A stretch of DNA of 63,711 bases, counting the filler, from Chiloscyllium plagiosum (lineage: Eukaryota), in assembly GCF_004010195.1 (NCBI RefSeq). It is 3 parts of one record of this genome, joined end to end, with 100 filler letters (N's around TTAATTAATTAA, not from the genome) between each part and the next. Parts side by side here need not be neighbours in the genome. Positions count along the whole stretch, not along the records: positions 27,865 to 58,441 come from NC_057713.1; positions 58,542 to 63,711 come from NC_057713.1; 1 more part is not named here. One strand, 5' to 3'. Under the pieces are notes generated by a model, which was not told where the DNA came from, searched no databases, and saw only the letters and a list, made by a program, of their open reading frames with translations. This document shows positions 52,046 through 63,482 of the stretch, one piece after another. Position 1 is the first letter of the stretch. Every line of letters begins with the position of its first letter. The position numbers were made by a program, and so were the translations under genes.

Positions 52046-52821
52046 AATTTTTTATAATTCAAGATAAGAGCAAAACTTTAACTGTGAGGTAACTGAATTT
52101 TTGTTTCCTGCTCAGTTAAGTTCCCCACTTATCCTTGTAAAAGCTCCAGGAAGGCATGGAAAATTCTGCCATCCCATGACCTCTTCACAACTTACTTTCC
52201 AACCTTCCTTTTTATATTATCAGCAAAATTTAATAACCATGCCTCTTGTCCCTTCATTTTTGGTCATTGGTTTGTGGCAAAACAATTCAACCCAATCATG
52301 TTGATTTGTCACTGAGCTGCTGTTCAGTTTAATTAGTTGCGAGTGGCCCATTCTATGACACAGGAGTAATTAGTCTCTGTTTCCTCATTAGGATTCCTTT
52401 TTCTGTGATGAAGTTGAAGTCTGTATTTGAAGCATTGCTTTGATTTCTGTCTTCCCTCACCAGCGACTCAGTGCACAATTCCAACGGAAAGCTGCCATCA
52501 AACCTTTGAGCCAATGTGATTTACATCTGATCATTTTAATTCATTTCAAATTATTTCTACCTCAAACATTTCAGCACAGTGTCACCTAGCATACAAAGAT
52601 AATAAATGTATACAAAGTTTTCGCTTACCGCTGTACCTAATTTTGGGAAGGGTGTAGGATCAGGCAGTGGAAGAAATTCAGTGATAACTCTGCAGTTATG
52701 AAGAGAAAGCCAAAAAGATGAAGGATTCTCTGTTTATTTCCTCACAGTTTACAAAAAGGTTTTGTAAGATTGTGATAGATTGTTTCAAATGTCCCATGAG
52801 ACAGGGTAAAGTGTCTTCCAA

Positions 52822-52909
52822 TTTGGAAGATTTGGAGAGGAAACACTATTGTGCGTGTAGGGTTTGGAAGATTTGGAGAGGAAACACTATAGTGCATGTA
52901 GGGTTTGGA
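52822..52909. repeat. Tandem duplication, 41 bp period
   Basis: TTTGGAAGATTTGGAGAGGAAACACTAT...GTAGGG at 52822 and 52863. Confidence 0.9.
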
Positions 52910-54786
52910 GGTAAAATCTTGGATGCTGTCTGAACTGCTGTGCCTTTGCAGCACCACTCTAATCCAGAATGTAGGGTTTGGAGGAGATCGCCCAGATTGA
53001 GATGAAATGATAGACGAATTCGAACACTAGGATAAGACATTAAAGTCAATTCAGGAAGGCACAGGGTGCTAGTGGGGTCTGGCAGGAATGGACTGCAGGA
53101 GTTGGTATTTTGTGAACTGTTGTGAAATCCTTTTTTTTTTGAAGGTTAAAATCTGAAACAATTGTTCATTGAACAGTGTACAGTTATTTCACCTGGCTAG
53201 CTTGATTTTACTGAAATCTACATGCGAAGATTTAAAGTCAGCAACAGATATTTCAACTACCTCAGGCTGCAAATTTCTTCAGAAACAAAAGGGTCAGTAC
53301 TCCTGAATTTGAACCATTGGTTCATTAATTATTTGTCTTCTTTCTCAGAGAAACTTTGGACTGTTTTGTACAGAGGAACTTTGATTATCTGAGCGAAATG
53401 GGCAGGCACTATTTCGTTTTGGATCATTGATTATTCAGTTAATTGATTCAGTGCCTCTCCTATGGGGCTCGGAGTTTTCTGAAATTTCCTTTTTCCTCGC
53501 TCTGCCTGCCTTGTTCTCTCTCTCCGTGTCAGGGTTTGTTACTAAGCAGACACACACTTGTGTGTATTTCCCACCCCAATCAGTTTAATGGGATTGACAC
53601 AGCGAGCACTTGCTAAGTCTGCTTCCCATTCAGGAGACAAGGCAGCAATACACCACATGCAAGCCCCCACTCCCCCACCCCAATGCAGCCGAACTGGACA
53701 CCAACAGCAAGACTGCTGCTACCTTTGAGGCGTGAGTTTCAAAACAGCGCGTGCGCGCACACACACATGCACACACACTGTACTGGACAAGGCAGGGGGT
53801 TTTAGGGTATACCCCTGTGTAGAAGTTTAGGGAAAGTTTCGGGGGAAGAGGGCGGGCGGTCAGTCATTTGGAGATGGTGCCTGGGCTCCCATTGACATCC
53901 AGGACTGTTCTCGGCAGCATTTCAGTAAGCCGGGTTCATTTCTAATCATTGTAAACAAAAGACACGATCAGTGTTGTATTTGGAAAGGCAAGAACTGATT
54001 CGGGATAGTCAACATGGCTTTGTGCGTGGGAATTCATGTCTCACAAACTTGATTCAGTTTTTGAAAGAAATAACAAAGAAGATTGATGAGAGCAGAGCAG
54101 TAAATGTGATACATATGGACTTCATTAAGGCGTTCGACAAGGTTCCCCATGGGAGACTGATTAGCAAAGTTAGATCTCATGGAATAAAGGGAGGACTAGC
54201 CATTTGGATACAGAACTGGCTCAAAGGTAGAAGACAGAGGATGGTGGTGAAGGGTTGTTTATCAGACTGGAGGCCTGTGACCAGTGGAGTGCCACAAGGA
54301 TCGGTGCTGGGTCCTCTACTTTTTGTCATTTACACAAATGATTTCGATGCGAGCATAAGAAGTACAGTTAGTAAGTTTGCAGATGACACCAAAATTGAAG
54401 CTGTAGTGGACAGCGAAGAAGGTTACCTCAGATTACAACAGGATCTGGACCAGATGGGCCAATGGGCTGAGAAGTGGCAGATGGAGTTTAATTCAGATAA
54501 ATGCGAGGGGCATAGTTCAGATAAATAGACAAAGTCTTTTCCCTGACATTGGGGAGTCCAGAACTAGGCGGCATAGGTTTAGGGTGGGAGGGGAAAGATA
54601 TAAAAGACACCTAAGGGGCAACCTTTTCGTGCAGAGGGTGGTATGGAATGAACTGCCAGAGGATGTGTTGGAGGCTGGTACAATTGCAACATTTAAGAGG
54701 CAATTGGATGGGTATATGAATAGGAAGGGTTTGGAGGGATATGGGCCGGATGCTAGCAGGTGGAACTAGATTGGGTTGGGATATCT

Positions 54787-55012
54787 TCGAGGAGAAAGTG
54801 AGGTCTGCAGATGCTGGAGATCAAAGTTGAAACTTTATTGCTGGAACAGCACAGCAGGTCAGGCAGCATCCAGGGAACAGGAGATTCGACGTTTCGGGCA
54901 CAGGCCCTTCTTCAGGAATGCCCTGAAGAAGGGCCTGTGCCCGAAACGTCGAATCTCCTGTTCCCTGGATGCTGCCTGACCTGCTGTGCTGTTCCAGCAA
55001 TAAAGTTTCAAC
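54787..55012. mobile_element. Perfect palindromic hammerhead mini-element (family B)
   Basis: ~92 bp perfect arms (54825-54916 / 54922-55013), 5 nt loop; TSD TTGGGATATCT at 54776-54786 and 55013-55023. Confidence 0.95.
54884..54919 (-). ncRNA. Minimal hammerhead ribozyme (family B), complete
   Basis: Reverse complement AUUC CUGAAGA A GGGC CUGU GCCC GAAA C GUC GAAU: perfect 4 bp stems I and II. Confidence 0.82.
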
Positions 55013-57114
55013 TTGGGATATCTGGTCAGTGTGGACAGGTTGGACCGAAGGGTCTGTTTCGATACTGTACATCTCTATGACTCTATAACACCTCTTTGAT
55101 GTAATGTTTCTATCGCGATTTTGAGATCTTCTTCGCATAATCCAAAATTTGAATAATTGATATTCAGATAATCAAGGTTCCTCTGTAGTAAAAAAGATTT
55201 CAATAATGTCTGTCCGGTATTATGTGCCTTGCAGTAGCCTGGTTACTGTACAATAATATACAGTTCATCTGAATGTTAGCACAGTTGCAATGGTGCAAGA
55301 ACGTATGCCTATTTTTTCAGAGAGTTCACTCTGGGGTTTTTTATATATAGCTAGTATTTGGAGCTTCTTCATTCATTATTCAGTATCTTGCACAATTTGA
55401 AATTTTGACTACTACAACTGTATATGAACAAAAGTGTCTTTAATCTTAATCTTAATCTACACAAATTTGCCTTTCCGTGGTGTATTTTTGGACCATGTAA
55501 AGTTCCTGATATGTTTTCATTTTTTGAGAGGGATCTGCAGCTTCAGGAAACCTGAGAAACTAAACGGGAGTTCAAGTCGTCGTGATGTTGTTGACTTGAT
55601 ATCCTTTTTACAATCTATTCAGAGAAATTTGGATAAATATTTGAAACCAAGAGTGAGACAGCACTAAGGGAAAATAAACAGTATAACAGTATTAGTTTTG
55701 GGTTGCTCAGTTAAAGAGCTGCCATACACACAAGCCCAATTGGCCACCTTTTCTATATTGTACATTTCTAGTGTCCCTTTGTGAATTACATTGCTATACA
55801 CTTTCAATAGCATCTCTTAAAGTGTAGGCTCACACTTACATTCACCCTCCCATTATCCTAATTCTTGTTCCAGTGTTCCCAACCATTCCAAGGTTCAGAC
55901 TGCCAGAAAAGCTGACATCAGCACTTTAAACATCTTGTTGTTGCTTTGCCCATAATCTGCCACCTGGAGCTGGAAAGACTGGTGTCTTACACTTAAAATA
56001 TATTTCAAGAAACTAAAAAATAATCCACAATAACTTGGTTATTTCAAGTTTCCAGATTAATTTGTGATATGAATCTATGTTTTCAGTTATTTAAATTTGG
56101 TGTTGCACCTCAAGCATGTGTATGTAAATATACACAAGGTTTTTGAGGCGAAAGGCAGCTCCTAAATCTTTACCAAATTTGGTCATGCATGGTGTAATGT
56201 ATGTTGATCTGAACCTTAATTATAATAAACTATTTCCGCAATTGAAAGGTCTGAGTATTACTTTCTGAAGCAACTTTATGAGAAGTCCTGTTACTCCTAG
56301 GTTGTAAAGTCTCCTTCCCTCACTGCTGTTTTGAAATTTCAGCAAGTTAGTAGGTAAGGACAACTCCAATTAGATCAAGTTTCTCAACTGATACGTCCAG
56401 ATATATATTGTGTGATTGAAGTGCTGGTCTTGTAGGCTTCATTCCTGACCCCAATGATTGATTAATTGTTTTTCCATCTCCAGATATTCTGTGTATGTTC
56501 ATATATTGGTGTATGCTCTTATGGTGATGATACTGCAGGATTACTGGCAGAAATACAATTAGAGAATATTGACATCAATAAAGGATTAGACAATATTTGT
56601 CCAAATCAAAATTCTTGTGCCTTGGAGATGAACGGGAAGTCATGTTGCTTCCACATGTTGCTAATCTTGTTCCTGATGATGGAGGTAATGGGGGAGGAAC
56701 ACACTGTTAAAGTAAGCTTCATCAGGTGTTGCAGTTAATCCAGTAGATCAGCTTTATCCCTCAAATGATTTTTCAAGTGGCCATTTCTGGTATTCAGCTT
56801 ACAGATACGTACACTTAGAAGATTCTGCAAAGAGGTGATGTTCCCATCAAAGGCCATTTCTCTCTTAGCAGCAGCAAACTCAGAAGAATCTCTAATGATC
56901 TCTGATTGGAAGAACAGTTAGCTGTGTACTGATCCTGAGGTCATGTAGTGGAAGCAAGTATATGGGAGTATGGGGGAAGAGGATAAGGGCAGGGTGCTTG
57001 ATGGGCATGTGCCAGGATAAGGCAGTAAGTGCATCAGGAGAAGATGAGACTCTCTGTTCTCCCAAAGAACTTGATTCACATGGCATGGTGGTCCTGAGCT
57101 GTGGAGCATGTGTG

Positions 57115-58062
57115 AGGGAATCACAGAATGGTTACAGTGTAAAAGGAACCATTAGGCCCATTTTGCCTGCATTGGCTCTCTGCATTTTCACTTTGTGTGA
57201 ATCTCTTGCTTTTTCCACCATAACTCTATGCATTGTTTCCATTCCGTTAATTATCCAATGACTTCTTGAATGCCTGAGTTGGACTAGTTTCCATTTCACT
57301 TCCAGGCAGTGTGTTCCAGACTTTAACTATTCATTGTGTGAAAAAAATGTTTTTCTCATCTTTAATTTGCTTCTTTTGCAAAGCATTTTAAAACTAGTTC
57401 TCAATCCTTTTAAGATCATTATTTCCTTTAAGTTGCATGGCTGCTTCCAGTTCCAGAAGTCTCTGCCAGCCATGGATCTTGGAGATTTGCACTGAAGAAG
57501 AAAGACATAATGGGAACTTTGTGATTTTGAAAACCTATCAGATCTCCTCTTACCTTTTTCTGTCCAAGAAAACAGCCCATCTCTCCAGTCTTTCTTCATA
57601 ACTGAAGTTTCTTGTCCCTGGCATTATTCTCATAAACCACTTTTGCATTCACATCCTTCCAACAGTGTGGAATCCAGAACTGGATTCATCACTGTAGCTG
57701 ATGTCACTGTCCAATATATGTTCATCATAACCTTCTTGCTTGTGTATCCTGTTAATGGGTCCTACTGTATGCTTTGTTAATAGCTCTGTCTATCTGCCCT
57801 GCCACCTTTAATGACTTATGTACCTATTACACTCCGGTCTCTCTGCTCCTAGATAACCTTAGAATAATCCTTTATTATATACTGGCTCTCTATTTTCTTT
57901 GTACCAAAGTGAATCATCTCATGCTTGTCTATATTGAACTTCATCTGTACTTATCCACCCAAACCTGCAATATCTTTTAGGAGTTCTACACTGTCCTTTT
58001 CATAGTTTCCAACTCTACCACATTTGTGTTTTCTGCAAACTTTGAAATTGTCCCTTGCACAC
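57115..58062 (-). mobile_element. Old CR1 fragment
   Basis: Begins with a CR1-type 3' end (CACAGAATGGTTACAG...GGCCCA) followed by decayed ORF2 C-terminal sequence. Confidence 0.6.
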
Positions 58063-58084
58063 TAAGAAGTGAGAGCAAAACCAG

Positions 58085-58122
58085 AGAGGGGGAGAGAGAG
58101 TGTGTGTGTGTGTGTGTGTGTG
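58085..58122. repeat. (GA)n(GT)n microsatellite
   Basis: Direct reading. Confidence 0.9.
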
Positions 58123-58254
58123 TTGATTGAAGGGGAAGAGAGAGAGACATTGATTAAGGATAGGAGAGAGCATGGGAAGGCAAGAGAGGGAGCAAGAAGA
58201 CATTTGTGAAGTTATTTGCAAATCCTTAAAGCTGGTAGGGCAAGTTGATCCGAT

Positions 58255-58848
58255 AGGTAAAAACAATGACTGCAGATGCTGGAAACCAGATTCTGGATTA
58301 GTGGTGCTGGAAGAGCACAGCAATTCAGGCAGCATCCGAGGACAGGCAAAATCGACGTTTCGGGCAAAAGCCCTTCATCAGGAATAAAGGCAGAGAGCCT
58401 GAAGCATGGAGAGATAAGCTAGAGGAGGGTGGGAGTGGGGANNNNNNNNNNNNNNNNNNNNNNNNNNNNNNNNNNNNNNNNNNNNTTAATTAATTAANNN
58501 NNNNNNNNNNNNNNNNNNNNNNNNNNNNNNNNNNNNNNNNNGTTTCGGGCAAAAGCCCTTCATCAGGAATAAAGGCAGAGAGCCTGAAGCGTGGAGAGAT
58601 AAGCTAGAGGAGGGTGGGGGTGGGGAGAGAGTGGCATAGAGTACAATAGGTCAGTGGGGAAGGAGATGAAGGTGATAGGTCAGGGAGGAGAGGGTGGAGT
58701 GGATAGGTGGAAAAGGAGCTGGGCAGGTCGGACAAGTCCGGACAAGTCAGGGGATCGAGTTGCTGGAGGTTAGAAACTAGGATGAGGTGGGGGAAGGGGA
58801 AATGAGGAAACTGTTGAAATCCACATTGATGCTCTGGGGTTGAAGTGT
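58255..58848 (-). mobile_element. PLE (family B) 3' regions in tandem on either side of a gap
   Basis: Tail and hammerhead (58350-58385, AUUC CUGAUGA A GGGC UUUU GCCC GAAA C GUC GAUU); second copy from 58542; 58848-58801 translates TLQPQSINVDFNSFLI (PLE ORF C-terminus). Confidence 0.85.
58442..58541. other. Assembly gap with TTAATTAATTAA linker
   Basis: 44 N + 12 bp linker + 44 N. Confidence 0.97.
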
Positions 58849-60376
58849 TAAGCTAGGTCTATCATCAGAGCATGTCCTTTCTGTAGTGGTCTACATCACA
58901 TGCAGTGGATTGTTTAAACAGTCTGATTAGCTGCATGATGACCAGGTCTTCCTGAATGCAGCTGTATAGGAGCCTGTCATATAGAACTCAAAATCAGAAA
59001 CAAGGCCTCAAAAAGACATTAGGCCTATTGCATGATAGGTGATGGATGTCTTTTTTTTTGAGTATTGTGGATAGCACACCTTTGGCTTGCATTGGTGTTG
59101 TGGAGGTGGAGGATGGGGGGTGGGGAGGGGGGAGGTTGGTGGTGGTGGGATAGGTGGGAGGTGTGTTTACTCTTTGCCCAACATACAAGATGCATAATAT
59201 TTGGTGCGCAATAAACAGAGGCTGCCTCATCACATTTCAGTCAGGATTTTTAATGTGAGGGATCAATATACCTACGAATTAGACTTTGAAGTACATTGTA
59301 GAGTTTCAAGTGTTGGACATGTTAAACAAAATATGCTAAAAATAAATTATTTTAATTATGAAAGAAATGGCAAATATGGGGTCAGGCATCACAAACACAT
59401 ACATTCAAGCTTTCTATTATACTCTCAACAATTTAAAAAAACTCTTTAATTGTTTACACAGAAGAAACCTCAAGACTGATCACATTGTGATTCTTTAACC
59501 TTATGTTTAGGTGTTTGCCTTTACTTTGTGATGCTGGAATCTAATTGTAATTTTTTATTAAAATGTCAAATATAATGGTGATAGTCAGCACAAATAAGAT
59601 CCCATTTCTAGATGGGAGCTAGATTACATTTTATAGTTTATTATGGTAAGGTGACCATGAGCTGTCAGCACACATGAATCAACTAGGGAGGTAGTTTGAG
59701 ATCATCTGACTCAGCAACAATTTCACAGCCCAGAAATCAAGGTTTCCTATGTATATTTTCTTGCTTAAAAATTCACCTACAGCAGTAACACCATAATAAT
59801 AAAAAAAGACATATGAGAGAAAAACAATGTTTTTTTTCAGCTAAGTAGTAAGTTGGAAGAAATCTAGATTAAAAAAAAACTCCAAAAATGTTTGATGAAA
59901 ATGATGAAATTGAAATAATATTCCAGAGTGGAGAACATGGTATCTGTTTATAGAGTTTTTGGCAGAATTCGCTAAATCATAATCTTTGAGTCAGGACGGA
60001 TATTAAACACATGCACATTCATTTGAAGTTATTGGGAATTCATATTCATAATTCATGCCGGCTAGTTTTATCATTTATATTTAATTGACAGTTTTGCTAC
60101 TTAAGAATTCAAATGAGGAAAGGTCAATGATTAGTTAAGATACTTCAAAACAATCCTGAAATACATTAGACTATTTCAATCATGTAATGTTAATAGAAGT
60201 CCTTTGCTTCATCAACTACCTTCTCTTCAACAAAGATTAAAAGTGGCTAATTGCTGATAATTGTGCAATGTTTAGCACAATTTGTGACTCTTGAGGAGCT
60301 AATACATAAGCAGCAAAACCTTAACAACAGTCAGGCTTGGACTGACAAATGACATACGTACCCATGCCACATTCAT

Positions 60377-60502
60377 TCCTGAAGAAGGGCTTATGCCCGA
60401 AACGTTGATTCTCCTGCTCCTTGGATGCTGCCTGACCTGCTGCACTTTTCCAGCAACTCATTTTTCAGCTCTGATCTCCAGCATCTGCAGTCCTCACTTT
60501 CT
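60377..60502 (+). mobile_element. 126 bp monomeric hammerhead mini-insertion (family B)
   Basis: TSD CCATGCCACATTCAT at 60362-60376 and 60503-60517; begins TC CTGAAGA A GGGC TTAT GCCC GAAA C GTT GATT. Confidence 0.9.
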
Positions 60503-60761
60503 CCATGCCACATTCATGCCTGGCTATGCCTATCTTAAGCAGAAGAAAATTCAACTATTTCTCTTTAATATTCAGTTGCATTATCATCACTGACTGCCCC
60601 ATTATCAACACCCATGGGGTTACTATTGAGTAGAAACTGAACTGGATCAGCCAAACATTAGGGCTATAAGAACAGTTTAGAGGCTAGCAATTCTGTACTA
60701 GTAACTCACCTCACATCTCTTCTGTCCCTGTCCACCATCAATAAGGTATAAGTGTGATGAA

Positions 60762-60978
60762 ATCCGGTTTCCTCCCACAGTCTAAAGATGTGCTAGGTGA
60801 ATTGGCCATGCTAAATTGCCCTATAGTGTCCAGGGATGTGTGCAGGTTAGGTGGATTGGCGATGGGAAATGCAGGGTTACAGGATAGGAGAATGGATCTG
60901 GGCGGGATGCTCTTCAGAGGGTCTGTGTGGACTCGATGGACTGAATGGCCTGCTTCCATATTGTAGTGATTCTATTCT
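60762..60978 (+). mobile_element. HE1 SINE 3' half
   Basis: CCGGTTTCCTCCCACAGTC...GGCCTGCTTCCATATTGTAG. Confidence 0.85.
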
Positions 60979-63482
60979 ACCAGAATATATTCTAACTGGA
61001 GTGAGGTAGCCAGTAATCTAATTTGGTTCTGTTCTACTCTTCACTTGTCTGGGTGGAGGCATCTCCAACAGAACTCAAGAAGCTCAATAGCATCCAGTAC
61101 AAAGTTTGACTGTCATCCCATTCATCACCTTCAACATTCACTGTCTTCATAATCAATGCACAATGGTGGCAATATGGATAAGATGCACTGCAGCAACTCA
61201 GCAAGGCTACATCTACAGCACCTTCCATACCCTCGACTTCCACCACCTAGAAGGACAATGGAGCAGATACATGGGAATATCAATAACTGCAAATTCTTCT
61301 CCAAGGCATACACGATCCTGACTTGGAACTAGATCACTGTTCTGAAGAAGGGTCACCCGACTCTTATTAGTTGACTGAATATTAACTGATTTCTCTCCTC
61401 AGATGTTACCAGACCTTTGGAGTTTCTCCAGCCATTTCTGTTTCTGTCACTTGCTCAGTCATCATTTGTGTGTCAAGATCCTGGAGTCTCCTTTGTAACA
61501 GGACAATAGGTGTAACTAGTCCTCACAGACTGCAGCAATTCAAGAAGGTAGCTCACCACAGTCTTCTCAAGAAATGGGCAATAAATGCTGGCTAAGCCAG
61601 TTTTCCCTCTATCACATAAACAACTAAAAAGAAGTTGGCATTGTATTCCTTATTAATTTATCATGAATCACTTTCTTTCAGGTTTTTAAAAAATTCAGTG
61701 TTCTCCTTTTTCTCTTTGTCTCTTGATGGTGATCATTTGTGCTGGAATGCCATTACAAATGACAAGGTTGTAAAGTATTTATTGCACAGAAACAGGCCAT
61801 TTGTTCCAAAATGTCCAAGCCTGTCCTTATGTTCCAGATGAACATCCTTCCACTACTCTTTATTCAAGTCCATACATTTTTGTTACTTTTTGCCTTGTGT
61901 TTTGATCGAGCTTCCCCTTGAGTGTATCAATGTTATTCAAGTCAACTGGTCCTTATGGTATCACGTTTCATACTCTAACCACTATCTGATTAAAGAAGTT
62001 TCTTCCAAATTCTCCATCAGATGTTTTGGTGATTACTTGATATTTTATGGCCCAGTTCTGCTCACTACCATAAGTGGAATTATCTGCTTTCCCAAATCCT
62101 TTCCATATTCCCTCAGTTTTCCCTTTTCTGGAGAAAAGTACCCCAACTTATTAAATCTCTCCTGTTAGGTATAAATTTTAATTTCTGAAATCTTCTCTAT
62201 TCCCTTTCTATAATATGGTGATCAAAACTGTTTACAGTACTGTAAGCATAGTCCAACCATCTGAACGTGAGCTGTGCCTTTTCAGTTTGGATAATGTTGA
62301 CCAGTGAGTATTTGAACATAGGTTCCATTGCAGAATTGTTTGGCTTCACACATTGCATTCTAATAAAAAGGCTGTAATTCTAAGTGCTAACATGTAAAAG
62401 ATGTCCACAGATCTGCACTTATGTCAAGGACCACTGGATGGCGATGAGGATTCAGATCACGGGCTGAAGTTAATCTTCAGCTCAGAATCATTGAAAGTCA
62501 CTGTACTGTATAAGTATTGCTTCCGACCTGACTGAGGTCAACTTTGTCAACAGTAACAACCTCACATTTATGGAGCACCTTTAACATATTTCACAGGAGC
62601 ATAATCAGTTAAAAACTAACAGAGTCAAAAATGAGACAGTAGAGAAATCTTAAAAGATTGCCGTCAGGGAGGAAATCATGGTGGAATGTTTTAAAGAGGT
62701 ACTTCCAAAGCTTGCGACTGAGGTGTTCAAAGGCATAGTTGCTAACCGTGGGGAAAGAAAGGAAACAGTTCTGAGACTTTGTTGTTCTGAATGGTCACAC
62801 CCTGCAACAAATAGTGAATGTCCTTAATGAAACAATCATAATTTTTTAAAAAAAATCAAGAAACAAACAATCAAAAAACCTTAACTTTATATATTTACCA
62901 CTGTAAAATATTGCGCTGGATGCAGCCAGAGCAGTTACCTCATAAGAATTTGATGTTTTCCCCATTGGATCACACTATATTGGTGCTGCAAACTGTTGGA
63001 AATGCTAATTCAAAACAGAACAGTTATACTAATGTCATATCTTAAACATTGTGAACATCCTTGGCTGATCATGGCTATTTTATTTGACAATTAGAGCTTG
63101 TTTCCCCATTATGGCTACATAATAATTCCATTGTAGTTTAACCCAAAATAAGTTTTTATCACTTTGCTGTTCTTAATTTCATCTCTGAATACCAAAGTGC
63201 ATCAGCTATTGGGAGAGAGAGCATTTAGATTAGAAAATAGTGATTAATACGAGGAATTGGAATGAGAGAGAAATTAAGATATTTTATATCAAGGTTACAA
63301 TGCATGTCTGTCATTGCACTGAGTGTGAGAAATCAGTTTGGTGAGTTACAGGTGCAGATTGTCATCTAGAATAATGATTTTGTGGCAATAAGAGACTTGG
63401 CTCAAGCTCAAGTGACATCAACTTGGCTTGAGCCAAGGACCAAAACAAGGTGCAATTATATTGCTCATTGTAAAAATAGGCC

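Larger units (their letters stand above)
53972..55089 (+). mobile_element. CR1 LINE RT fragment and 3' end, with internal deletion
   Basis: ORF 53971-54528: QHGF, MDFIKAFDKVPH, GVPQGSVLGPLLF, FADDTK; tail CTCTATGACTCTATAA. Confidence 0.95.
53371..55185. mobile_element. Non-autonomous Tc1/mariner/pogo-type DNA transposon containing nested inserts
   Basis: 22 bp TIRs CAGAGGAACTTTGATTATCTGA (53371-53392) and TCAGATAATCAAGGTTCCTCTG (55164-55185), 21/22 match, TA on both flanks. Confidence 0.85.
60320..61620 (+). mobile_element. L2/CR1-group LINE 3' fragment with nested PLE and HE1 inserts
   Basis: Same family as 32190-32995 (GAAACTGAACTGGA, GTAACTCACC, CAAGAAGGTAGCTCACCAC, GGGCAATAAATGCTGGC). 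Confidence 0.7.

Noticed and set aside
52822..52909. CRISPR-like repeat array
   Set aside because: Simple 41 bp tandem duplication with no unique spacers; vertebrate context, no cas genes.
54811..55138. Near-identical ORFs on both strands (also 1895-2410)
   Set aside because: By-product of DNA palindromes, not antisense gene pairs.
59100..59162. G-rich tract as a functional G-quadruplex
   Set aside because: Low-complexity sequence with no supporting context.
61341..61445. CTGAAGAAGGGTCAC as a functional hammerhead (also 34500-34575, 43520-43640, 45178-45310)
   Set aside because: Old PLE-derived copies lacking an intact helix II, GAAA and NUH.
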